This document shows, one piece after another, positions 1-11,566 of a DNA stretch of 64,000 nucleotides; positions within the stretch are counted from its first letter, which is position 1; every line of letters begins with the position of its first letter. The notes under the pieces were generated by a model, which saw only the letters and a program-made list of their open reading frames with translations, ran no database searches and was not told the origin of the DNA. This stretch comes from Octopus sinensis (lineage: Eukaryota): positions 38,688,001 through 38,752,000 of the forward strand of contig NC_043013.1 of the NCBI RefSeq assembly GCF_006345805.1, given 5' to 3'. The translations under genes and the position numbers were made by a program.

Positions 1-5
1 TGTGT

Positions 6-236
6 GAAGGCGCATGGCTCCAGCTGTTCGAGCGTCGAGCTTACGATCGTGAGGTTGTGAGTTCGAATCCCGGACCGGGCTGCGTGTTGTGTTCTTGAGC
101 AAGACACTTTATTTCACTTTGCTCCAGTTCACTCAGCTGTAGAAATGAGCTGCGACGCCAATCTTGCCCGGACTTGTGTCTCGGAGGACAACTATCTAGG
201 TGCAATCACATGGTCAGTTATGACCGAAGTGTGTCT

Positions 237-238
<2 letters not shown>
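6..238 (+). mobile_element. tRNA-derived SINE, family A
   Basis: Box A/box B-like head (gcatggctccagctgttcgagc...ggttgtgagttcgaatcccgg) followed by gtgttcttgagcaagacacttt; closely matching head at 8423-8525; followed by (TA)n. Confidence 0.8.
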
Positions 239-274
<36 letters not shown>

Positions 275-477
275 ATATATATAGGGAGAGAAAGAGAGAG
301 AGAGAGAGAGAGGCAGACAGATAGAGCGGGACAGACAGAGAAAGTGAGAGAAAGTATGTCTGAGTATGAACGTTATATAATATTGAGCTTTTCTATGAAT
401 GTCTAAGGGTTTTGAATGACGAGTTCAGATTATCCTCAGAATGTTATACATATATTCGTTTTTTGTTATTTTATTCT

Positions 478-731
478 TTTATTCGTTTCAGTCATTTGAC
501 TATGAACATGGTGGAGCACGCCCTTAATCGAACGAATCGACCTGAGGACTTACTCTTTGTAAACCGAGTACTTATTCTGTTGGTCCCTTTTGCCGAATCG
601 CTAAGTTACGGGGAGGTTAACAAACAAACATCGGTTGTCAACCGATGATGGAGAGGCCAAACACAAAGATACAAACGTATACATACATACATAGATACAC
701 ATACACACACATATATATATATATACATACA

Positions 732-813
<82 letters not shown>

Positions 814-930
814 AAATACTATAAGGATAAAAATCACGGCAATGATTTTTATCAAGTAGTCAGCAAGTTTATAGCCAATTAATACGTTAAATTAATAATA
901 ATGTACATAAGTATATAATCATATCTCCCT

Positions 931-1006
<76 letters not shown>

Positions 1007-1135
1007 CGGTTTTCTTTCAGTTTCCGTCTAGCAAATCCACTAACAAGGCTTTGGTCAACCCCAGGCTACAGAAGAAAATTGCCCGGAAAATTGAACCCGG
1101 AACCATGTGGTTGATAAGCAAGCTATCAACCGCAT
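478..1135 (-). mobile_element. SINE family B (head and tail separated by expanded internal (TA)n tract)
   Basis: Tail half (cagtcatttgact...ggagcac...cggttgtcaa) at 490-650 and head half (ttctttcagtttccgtc...gaaccatgtggttg) at 1005-1135 match the reverse complement of the intact copy at 11113-11566. Confidence 0.75.
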
Positions 1136-1136
1136 G

Positions 1137-1297
1137 TTTCTGAGTTCAAATTCCGCCGAGGTCAACTTTGCCTTTCATCCTTTCAGGGTCGATTAAATAA
1201 GTACCAATTACGCACTCGGGTCGATGTAATCGACTTGATCTCTTCGTCTGTCCTCGTTTGTCCCCTCTCTGTTTAGTCGTTGTAGGCAATAAAGAAT
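1137..1297 (+). mobile_element. SINE family C, 5'-truncated
   Basis: tgagttcaaattccgccgaggtcaactttgcctttcatcc...gtttgtcccctc...aataaagaa equals reverse complement of copies at 5846-6306. Confidence 0.85.
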
Positions 1298-2075
1298 TAT
1301 ATATATATAAATATATATATACGCACATACATATAAAACGTCTTGACATTAATCAACTATTCTCCATTCAAAGTCATGAGCCATTCAGAAGAAAAAAAAT
1401 CAATATTATATCACATAACAACATTTTAATAAATTCAAAACTCAACACGGTTTCGTTTCTCGCTTTAAAGCCATTTCGTTTTACTCGCGACACTAATACC
1501 TCGAAGGAATTTTTGTCCAACAACTCAACTTACCATTTGCCGCCTACCTGCTCCTGTGAAACATACAATATATGTGCGTAGTTAAAAGAAACCAATATTA
1601 TGCCACGCATTGATTGGTTAGAGAAAAAAATAAAAAGCGAAACAAAAGGAAAAATTAAATTCGTTCTTAATTCTCTGTCAAATGTGAAAGAAGCCAGACA
1701 GAACAACTTAACTATCAGAGTACGTAATCGTAGGACTTCTTATTCAATGAGTTTCAATGTCTATTATTTTGTGGTTTCCAATTCAATTTGAATTATCACG
1801 CAAGTTTTGAGGGTCAACATTCACTAGTGATTAAAAAACAAAAAGAAAATTATTTATTCACATACGTACGAACGCATAGAGCGAAACTTATTCAGATACA
1901 CGCACACACTCACACACAGACGTACACACATACACACACATTCTTCACAGACACACTGTGTGCGTGTATGCGTGAGTTTGAACATGTGAATAGACATACA
2001 TACAAACATGTATATATATATATATATATAACGCTTATTTAGGTATATATATGAATGTATACATGAATATGTATG

Positions 2076-2124
<49 letters not shown>

Positions 2125-2980
2125 GTATATACATACTTACATATATATACATATATATACACACACACATATATATCTGTGAGTATGTATATATACACAC
2201 ATACATAAAGATATATATGTGTGTATTTATGCATGTATACATATACATGTGTGTGTTATATCGATATATATATAGATATACATACATACATACATATATA
2301 TATATATATATGCATATAAATATATGTATATATATGTACATATACATACTTACGTACCTACGTTTGTATATACTACATTCTTACCTACAAACATGAACAC
2401 ACACTTTCTTACACACATATATACATACATACATACATATACATATACATACATACAAATTCACACACACATGCACACACACACATATATATATATGCAC
2501 GAATGTACGAATGTATGTGTGTATGTATGTTTGTAGGTAAGAATCTATCTTGGTAAAACAAAACAGAAAGCGCAAATGACGTAAAATACTAACCAAAGAC
2601 AAAAGAACAATAAAAAGGAAGAAAGAAAATACAGCAGATCAGAACAATGCAAGAGAAAAGAGAATAAAACAATAAAAAAAATATCCAATTTAAGGTATTT
2701 CTTAACTAAGAACGTTTTTTCTTGCTTTGACCTATACACACATTAGATATCGTTTTTCTAATTATTTGAATTACCTTAAACGTGAAATTCCATCACTCTA
2801 GGCGGTCATTTACCGTTTATCTCTCTCTCTTTCTCTCTTCCTCTCTCTCTCCTTATCTATCTATCGATCAATCTATTTATCTTGATATCTGTTTTTGTGA
2901 ATATATATATAGCTAGATAGGTAGATAGACAGATAGGTAAGTAGGTATATATATATATATATATTATATATATATATATA

Positions 2981-3191
2981 GTTAATCCAAACAAGAAAGC
3001 ACAAAAGACACAACAACGCGAGGACGTGGAACAAATATAGTATTATAGGACGCTCAGGAAAGAAGGAAAGAAGGAAGGTTTTTCGTTTCGAGCGGAGCTC
3101 TTCGTCGGAAACATAGGAGAAGGAAAGATCCAGAGAAGGGAAGACAGAGGAAAAAACTCGCCAACGGTACACACGCGGTCACATTTTGAAA
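2981..3191 (-). mobile_element. ~210-bp TA-flanked repeat carrying a minimal hammerhead motif (Penelope-type pLTR-like solo element)
   Basis: About 90% identical by eye to 8223-8427; the minus strand contains gttt-CCGACGA-a-gagc-tcc-gctc-GAAAC. Confidence 0.65.
3078..3112 (-). ncRNA. minimal type-I hammerhead ribozyme motif (variant core, stem III mutated)
   Basis: Minus strand GTTT CCGACGA A GAGC TCC GCTC GAAA CG AA AAAC: stem I GTTT/AAAC, stem II GAGC/GCTC; the cleavage-site UH is replaced by AA. Confidence 0.55.
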
Positions 3192-3454
3192 TATATATAT
3201 ATATATATGGAAATCGGTAACTGTTCTCTGATTACTGCCCCTCTCTGTGTCTCTCTTCGTCCTATGTTCTTATTTTGTTATTATTTCTTGGGCGTATCTT
3301 TGCAGTGTCGTTCTCTCACCTATTACGTATTGCGCGCCGTAATAGTAAACAACATAAGTAATATACGGTCAGAACCAGCAGATCGAATGGCCTACTTGGA
3401 ATAGCAAACGCATCCTATTTTTAAAGTATCTGAATAATATTGTGCTGGTAGGCA

Positions 3455-3566
<112 letters not shown>

Positions 3567-5488
3567 CGCTGGTGGACGGCATGGGCTTGCTTCTCCAGGC
3601 GACTAGGCACCTGGAGAAGCAAGCCCATGCCGTCCACCAGCGCCTCCGTCGTGGGACGCTGGACCGACGGCCCGGTTGAGTTGCTCGGGGTCTGGTTCGG
3701 TCCGGACCTCCAAGTGGAGAAGAACTGGAACGAGATAACGAGTAGGGTGGTCACTCTCGCCCGGCAATGGGCCGAGAGGAAACTGTCCCTAAAAGGTCTA
3801 GCGGAGGTGGCGAACACGTACATCGCGTCCGTCATCTACTACCGCCTGACCGTCGTACCTTGTCCCGACCCTACCATCACCAAACTACAACGCATCCTCT
3901 TTCGCTTCTTGTGGAAAGGATGCGTCCCGATGGTCAGGCGATCCATTTGCTGTCAACACCCGTTAAAAGGAGGGCTGGGCATGCCGTGGTTGATGATGCG
4001 CAGACACGCGCTGAGACTGCGACATCTCTGGCTCTATGTAGACGACGGTGAACAGGTGTGGTCGCCGTTTGTGAGGCACGCTTTCCCGCAGCTCTTCTCC
4101 ATGACCGAACTGCAGTCGTGGATCAAAAAGAGGCCGAGGAAGGGCAAATGGCACCGCGAGTGTCGCGTTGCTCTCAAGCAACTCTGCCGTCCTGGGTCGA
4201 CCTTAAGTGACTTCAACACAACCAAAGCATTCTATAGGGGTTTAGTGGAGGGGAGGTACGACGACGAGCTCGGGGCGAACCTGGACGTCGACGAGGAGTA
4301 CCTGACCCGCCTGTTCGGGACGACTTTCGGGCCAGGGCCCATGGACAACTTCCAGAGATCCCTGGCCTGGCAGTGCTACCGAGAAGCGCTACCCGTTCGG
4401 GATAAGCTCTACAGACACGGCTCGAGAAACACGGGGCCGACCTGCCCGAGATGCGGTCAGAGCGACGAAACCGTTCTGCACGCACTCGTTCAGTGTCCAA
4501 CAATTTCCGACCTGTGGGCTTATGTCGAACAACTGCTGTCACGTGTGGGACGAGTCGGTTTATCAGCTGAGTCTATCGTCAATATTGTCACGCCTCCTTC
4601 CTTCAAACGGGAAGGAAGAGCTATTTTCATCATCCTTGTGGCTATGGCGAAAGAATGTATCTGGTGGACGCATCTGAAAGGATTGGAGACAAACACATTC
4701 CTCTCTGGTCAATCTCTCATCAACTTCTTCAAGTACCACTTGAAAAGGAAAGTGAGAGTAGAGAGGCAAGTTTTGTCTAGCGAATGTTTTAAAAAATGAT
4801 GGGTGAATGTAGCAAGGATGGCACGTATGAACGACGAAGCCACCTTGAGCATAATCCTATGAACCCAGAAATTGAAAACAGAGGGTTACCCACTTGCAAA
4901 CAAATGTGGTAACATATAACAATATTGACCAAGGTTACCGTGGTCTTTTTCGTAGGCTTTTCTTCCCACGGATAAACCTTACTTGCTTTCCCCTTTACAC
5001 CATATATCATAACATTGTGATACACGATCCCTATTGATCGTTCTTTTTTTTCCTCTTCCCCTTTTTTTCCTCTTTTTTCTTCTTTTTTCATTTCTCTTTT
5101 CTTTTGTTCCTTTTCCGTTTCTTTTTTTTTCTTTTTATTCTTTTTAGTTTTTATTTTATTATTTTTTTTTGTTCTTTTTTTCCCTTTTACGATCCCTCTG
5201 GATCGAAAACCTACGCCACCCCTTTTTTTCCTCTTTTTTCTTCTTTTTTCATTTCTCTTTTCTTTTGTTACTTTTCCTTTTCTTTTTTTTCTTTTTATTC
5301 TTTTTATTTTTTATTTTATTTATTTACTTTTTTGTTCTTTTCTTCCCTTTTACGATCCCTCTGGATCGAAAACCTACGCCACCCCTTTTTTTTTCTTTTG
5401 TTTTTTGTTTTTTTCATCCCCCAAAAGAAAAGCTCTACCTTGTAACTTGTCCCATCTGTATGCAGCCCTGTGTGGCCAATAAAGAAAC
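3567..5488 (+). mobile_element. Tx1-like (L1 group) LINE, 5'-truncated copy 1
   Basis: ORF 3627-4799 (390 aa) with RT C-terminal region and CCHC knuckle CPRCGQSDETVLHALVQCP; about 98% identical by eye to 27545-28810; pyrimidine-rich 3' UTR ending cagccctgtgtggccaataaagaaac followed by (TATC)n. Confidence 0.92.
3627..4799 (+). pseudogene. C-terminal 390 aa of Tx1-like ORF2 (post-RT region plus zinc knuckle)
   Basis: Motifs ELLGVWFG, LSLKG, GGLG, LAWQCYREALPV, CPRC..ETVLH..C; lacks EN and RT core; premature TGA at 4797 where copy 2 has AGA. Confidence 0.85.
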
Positions 5489-5845
5489 TTATCTATCTAT
5501 CTATCTATCAATCTATCTATCTATCTATTTATCTATTTATCTAGGAAATTAGTATTATACCTATAGAGATGTGTTTGATTCGTAGCTTACACTGGTCAGC
5601 TCTGAGTAAATGCTGAATAACCAATCGGATAAAAATGATAAAGCGAACGTTTGCTCTGGTTTATCATACAGTATGTGTAATACTTGCGACTGTGTTCTAA
5701 AGTATCTCGTCTATGAGTGGCGTGTGGTGGGCCCCCTAAGACAGACACACACATGCAGTCGCTCTCAGCCCACCCATACCACACATACATGCACCACACA
5801 CACTTAAGCATGCACATGCACATGTACACACTTACGCAGATACCT

Positions 5846-6306
5846 ATTTCTTTATTACCCACAAGGGGCTACACACAGAGGGGACAAACAAGGACAGACA
5901 TAGGTATTAAGTCGATTACATCGACCCCAGTGCGTAACTGGTACTTTATTTATCGACCCCGAGAGGATGAAAGGCAAAGTCGACCCCGGCGGAAATTGAA
6001 CTCAGAACGTAACGACAGACGAAATACCGCTAAGTATTTCGTCCGGCGCGCTAACGTTTCTGCCAGCTCGCCGCCAATTGTTTTATATATTTCTTTACTA
6101 CCCACAAGGGGCCAAACACAGAGGAGACAAACGGATTAAGTCGATTACATCGACCCCAGTGCGTAACTGGTACTTAATTTATCGACCCCGAAAGGATGAA
6201 AGGCAAAGTCGACCTCGGCGGAATTTGAACTCAGAACGTAACAGCAGGCGAAATACCGCTAAGCATTTCGCCCGGCGTGCTAACGATTCTGCCAGCTCGC
6301 CGCCTT
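5846..6306 (-). mobile_element. Head-to-tail dimer of SINE family C
   Basis: Two ~220-bp units (5846-6075, 6088-6306) with tRNA-like heads (aaggcggcgagctggcagaa..tgagttcaaattcc); cttacgcagatacc repeated at 5831-5844 and 6304-6317. Confidence 0.9.
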
Positions 6307-6332
6307 ACGCAGATACCGATGCACAAGCACGT

Positions 6333-6368
<36 letters not shown>

Positions 6369-6476
6369 TATATATATATATATATTTAGATAGATACACA
6401 TCAGGCAAAGAGACAGACAAACAGGTAGAGAGTTAGATAGATATATATATATATATATAGATAGATTGATAGATAT

Positions 6477-7185
6477 GTTTCTTTATTGGCCACACAGGGC
6501 TGGAACACAGATGGGTAGGACAAAATACAAAGTAGAGCTTTTCTTTTGGGGGAAAAGGAGAGAAGAAACAAGAAAAAAATGTGGGTCGAATTGCGATCAA
6601 AAGGGATCATGAGAAAAGAAAACGAAAAGTGTTGGGCTGATCAATAGGGACCGTGTATTACAGAAATGTCAATGTAAAAAGAGAAAACAGATTAGGTTTA
6701 TCCGTAGAAAAAAAAGCTTACGGAAAAGACCACGGGGACCTTGGACAATAGTGTCATGCAAAGAAAACAAAAAAACAAGTGACTCTCTTTTTTCCCTTCT
6801 CTTTGTTTTGGTTCATAGGATTATGCTCAAGCTGGCTTCGTGAATCACTCGTGCCATCCTTGCTACATTCACCCATCTTTTTTTTAAACAGTCACTAGAT
6901 AAAACTTCCCTCTCTACTCTCACCTTCCTCTTCGAGTGATGCTTGAAGAAGTTGATGAGAGATAGACCAGAGAGGAAAGAGTTTGTCTCTAGACCTTTCA
7001 GACGCGTCCACCATACACATTCTTTCGCCATAACCACAAGTACGATGAAAATGGCTCTTCCTTCTAGTTTCAAGGAAGGAGGCACAAAAATATTCACGAT
7101 AGACACGCGAGTGCAGTCGTTCGGCATAGGACCACAAGTCGGAATTGGTTGGACACTATATGAGTGCGTGCAGGACGGTTTCTTC
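6477..7185 (-). mobile_element. Tx1-like LINE 3' fragment, diverged copy 3
   Basis: Minus ORF 6813-7295 contains EGRAIFIVLVVMAKECVWWTRLKGLETN...KRWVNVARMAR, homologous to copies 1 and 2; same 3' terminus followed by atatctatc. Confidence 0.9.
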
Positions 7186-8096
7186 GCTACACAGAGAGAC
7201 GTATATGTATATATACTGCATATACCTGCTTTCGTATATGCATGCATACGTACAAATATACGGGCATGTACGCATACACTTGCATAGATGTACACATATG
7301 TAATACGATTTCCCCTTGGCCTGATAATACTTCTAATCAGTTGTTTGAACTCAATGTATTTTTGCTTTAAAGTAAGGCATCATATCAATACCGAACATTG
7401 TATCAATTAATGAACGACAGAATAATATGGGTTACGTCATCATTTTTTTAGTTGTCTCTTTTATAAGAAACATTGCGTTCAGAGGTGAGTGGTTGTGAAA
7501 CATCATATAGCTTCCTCGTTGATATTAAATTGAGTGTATTTTCAAATGAACAGTCTTTATGGAGCAGAATCAATCTTCTGCTAATGAAAGTGTTTACGTA
7601 ATGCCTGTTCTTTTGTCCTACACTGACACACCCAGACATGAACACATATCTCTGTAAGCGCACGCGTGTGTGTGTGTGCTTAATTATTTATATGTTTGTG
7701 TAAAACATTTTCTATATTTATGTTTACAACAATTTAAAAGCGGTGTTGCGTTTATGCTGTGTTCAATTATATCCTGCAAATTTGTGGTTCCGACGATGGA
7801 AATCGATAAAAAAAAAATGTACCACACCGAAATAGGTAATGGCGGTTGAAATTAATGTCTGAAACACTGTAATGTGCAGGTCTGGCATGGTTGTTGCTGA
7901 ATGAATGAAGCCAGTACGAGAATGAATGAAGCCAGTACGAGATTAAAAAGGTAGAGAAACAAGTAACAGTGCATAAAACAGTACAGAGAACTGTAAGAGA
8001 GGAAATAAATGAAAGCGTACAGAAAGGAGTAACTAAATGAATGAAAACCTGAGTACAAAAAGCTGACCACAAATGACTTCAAAGGAAAACCGTATA

Positions 8097-8104
8097 ATTA
8101 TGTA

Positions 8105-8199
<95 letters not shown>

Positions 8200-8222
8200 A
8201 TATATATATATATATATATAAA
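8097..8222. repeat. (TATC)n(TA)n microsatellite
   Basis: Direct inspection. Confidence 0.95.
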
Positions 8223-8427
8223 GTTAATCCAAACAAGAAAACACAAAAAAACACAACAACGCGAGGATGTGGAACAAATATAGTATTATTGGACGCTCAG
8301 GAAAGAAGGAAAGAAGAGGGGTTTAATGTTTCGAGCGGAGCTCTTCGTCGGAAACATAGGAGAAGGAAAGATCCAGAGAAGGGAAAATAGAGGAAAAAAA
8401 TCGCCAACGGTACACACACGGTCACAT
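8223..8427 (-). mobile_element. Second copy of the hammerhead-bearing pLTR-like repeat
   Basis: Matches 2981-3191; motif at 8321-8355. Confidence 0.65.
8321..8355 (-). ncRNA. minimal type-I hammerhead ribozyme motif
   Basis: Minus strand GTTT CCGACGA A GAGC TCC GCTC GAAA CA T T AAAC; the consensus with copy 1 gives palindromic stem III ACGT and a GUU cleavage triplet. Confidence 0.6.
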
Positions 8428-8660
8428 GGCTCAGTGGTTAGAGCGTCGACTTTACGATCGTGATGTTGTGAGTTCGAATCCCGGACCGGGCTGCGTGTTG
8501 TGTTCTTGAGCAAGACACTTTATTCCACGTTACCTTTCCCTTGGATAGCACTGGTGGCTTTGAGAGAGGAGGCCGGTATGCCTGGGTGATTGCTGGTCGT
8601 CCATAAACAACCTTACCCAGACTTGTGCCTGGGAGGGTAACTCTGTTGGGTGAATTTGAT
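8423..8660 (+). mobile_element. tRNA-derived SINE, family A
   Basis: cacatggctcagtggttagagcgtcgactttacgatcgtgatgttgtgagttcgaatcccggaccgg; homologous to 6-238. Confidence 0.8.
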
Positions 8661-9651
8661 GCGGGTATATACACTTTCTGCGCTTGATTACCGGTGTTAA
8701 ATTGCTCGCGCTACTGGAATTTCGTGAGTCAGCATCAGAAATAAGTACTGGCTATGAATAGGTATTGGGGACGATTTCTGCAACTAAAATCCAGAAGATG
8801 CCCAATATTACCGCAGCCCAGTGACAGAAACGGGAGAAAAATAATGAATAAAGCTACGTTTGGTAAAGTTACCCCTGTGGCAACTAATATAATATTAACA
8901 AATCCTAAAGTAAAATTTGGAGTTCATGCAATCGAAATTATTTTTTCTGTGTGTTGATATTGAAACATTAGGTTTTGTGTTGGTATGTGTCTCTTCTATT
9001 TTCTAATTATTATGAATATTTCACTGAGGAGGGAGGCGGTTTCCGACAAAGACACGAGACTCTATTTTGTAGTTAACACAGACAAAATCACATTTGGAAC
9101 TTGAGAAATGTCTTGCATATTTTTACAGTTCCACTCTCAGATTGCACTTGTAATGTACGAATAAGCCGGTCGATTTCTCTTTCTGATAATCCCAGTTTAA
9201 CCAGATTCTCCTATAAGAATTTACTCTCGAAACCGAGTGCTCCAATTATAATTGGTATGAATATGAATTCATAGTCTGGATATAGAAGCTGGAGGTTTCG
9301 AAGCAATTGTCAATAGATATCTAGTTTTGCTTTGATTTTCAAAGAGATGTGTATGTATGCATGTATGTATATATGTATGTATGCATGCATGCACGTATGT
9401 ATGTGTCTGTCTGATTGTCTGTCTGTATGCACACACATACACACACACATATATATGTTTGGTGTTTATTCACCTGTCTTCGTCTTTTGTTTTTTCTGTA
9501 AATGCCAACTGCATATATAAACTATACATTCAAGTGTATTTTGAGAGCATGTTTGCATTTCGTTTATGCATGGACGAGCACCCATATACAGACTCACATG
9601 CATGTGCATACACAGAAGTATGCGTGTGTTCATGCATGCGTTAGTATGTGC

Positions 9652-9716
<65 letters not shown>

Positions 9717-11112
9717 CGAAATATATATATATGTATGTATATATATATATACATATATTTATATGTGTATACACTCAGATATGTACATATTTATATATAT
9801 ATATATATACATATATGCATATATATACATACATGTATATATATGTGTGTATATATATGTATATACGTATATATATACATATACACTTGCATATAAATAT
9901 ATACCTACATATCACATACGCATACCTATAAATATATACATACATATATAATACGCTTACACATGGACATAAACACTGATGCACACATATATACTTACAT
10001 ATATGCACATAAATACTCACACACACACACTCTCTCTCTCTCTTTCTCTCTTTCTCTCTTTCTCTCTCTCTCTCTCTTTAATATGTAATATGCTGTAATG
10101 ATACATTCTTTTCCTTTCGCATCTATTTATGGAGCATTTTTTCTCTCGCTTGTTTTACAAATTAACATCAGAATAAAGTTAATTTCTTCATTGCCAATGA
10201 TTTAAGAGACATTTTATGCTACCACATATGGATTAATATGCCTGCCTATATATTTATGGCTATGTGTTTTTGTTTCAATATATTCGCACGTACATATATA
10301 TGTGTATGGCTGTATACATACAAACACACAACCCACACCATGTACACTTACATATGCATATACGTAGGTACTATATATAAGTATAGGAGCATGTATGCAC
10401 ATATGCATTTTATATATTTATATACATATATGCATATATATATGTTTATATATACATATGTATATATATATGTATATGTATATAAATACACGTATATATA
10501 TGTGTATATATATACGTGTATATATGTATATATAGATATATATGTATCTATATCTGTCTATCTCTATATACTTAATGTACGTATGTGTAAAAAAATATAT
10601 ATGATTCTGTATGTGTGTATAAATATAAAACACAAATAATAAACATAATGATACTCATTGGAAGAGATGCAGTAAAAACAAGAAAGAATGTAAAATTTGT
10701 GTCATGAAAGCTACAAAGGGAAGAATAAGAAAAATGCTAGAGATTGCATTCTAAGCACGGTTTTCTTCAAATGGATTTTTGTTGCTGAGCCGTTCAGCAT
10801 TTGCTCTCTTTTATCATGATTTGCCCCTCCAATATAAGGTGAAAGAGTAACTATAAAAATAAAAAAAAAGACAACGAGAGAAGCAGAAAATACTCTCAGT
10901 GTTATTTATATCTAACTACGTAACGTTCCGCCTCTTTTTAACATCCGTCGTTGATATTTACTTTGTTTTTTTTTTTCCCAATGGCGAAATTTTTATTTAT
11001 TACGACCACTTTTATTGAGGCATGCTATATCATGCCACTTTGGAAATATTTTTTTCTAGGTTTTAATTGCCTCAAATAATCAACTAAATTTCATTAAACG
11101 ATAAATTAATAT

Positions 11113-11277
11113 GTAGGCGCAGGAGTGGCTGTGTGGTAAGTAGCTTGCTAACCAGCCACATGGTTCTGGGTTCAGTCCCACTGCGTGACATCTTGGGCAA
11201 GTGTCTTCTGCTATAGCCCCGGGCAGACCAATGCCTTGTGGGTGGATTTGGTGGACGGAAACTGAAAGAAGCCTGTC

Positions 11278-11346
<69 letters not shown>

Positions 11347-11566
11347 GCTTGTGTGTCTGTGTTTGTCCCCCTAGCATTGCTTGACAACCGATGCTGGTGT
11401 GTTTACGTCCCCGTCACTTAGCGGTTCGGCAAAAGAGACCGATAGAATAAGTACTGGGCTTACAAAGAATAAGTCCCGGGGTCGATTTGCTCGACTAAAG
11501 GCGGTGCTCCAGCATGGCCGCAGTCAAATGACTGAAACAAGTAAAAGAGTAAAAGAGTAAAGAGTA
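11113..11566 (+). mobile_element. Full-length SINE family B with internal (TA)n/(TG)n tract
   Basis: Box A tggctgtgtggt, box B ggttcagtccc, tcttgggcaagtgtctt, internal (TA)n ~11280-11340, tail ending (gtaaaaga)n. Confidence 0.9.

Noticed and set aside
7452-7484. 33-nt AG...GTGAGT exon-like segment on +
   Set aside because: Good splice signals but no recognisable peptide or partner exons; needs RNA-seq.
8423-8500. tRNA-like sequences (also at 6-80 and 39527-39590)
   Set aside because: They are SINE heads with A/B boxes but no complete cloverleaf; they continue into SINE bodies.
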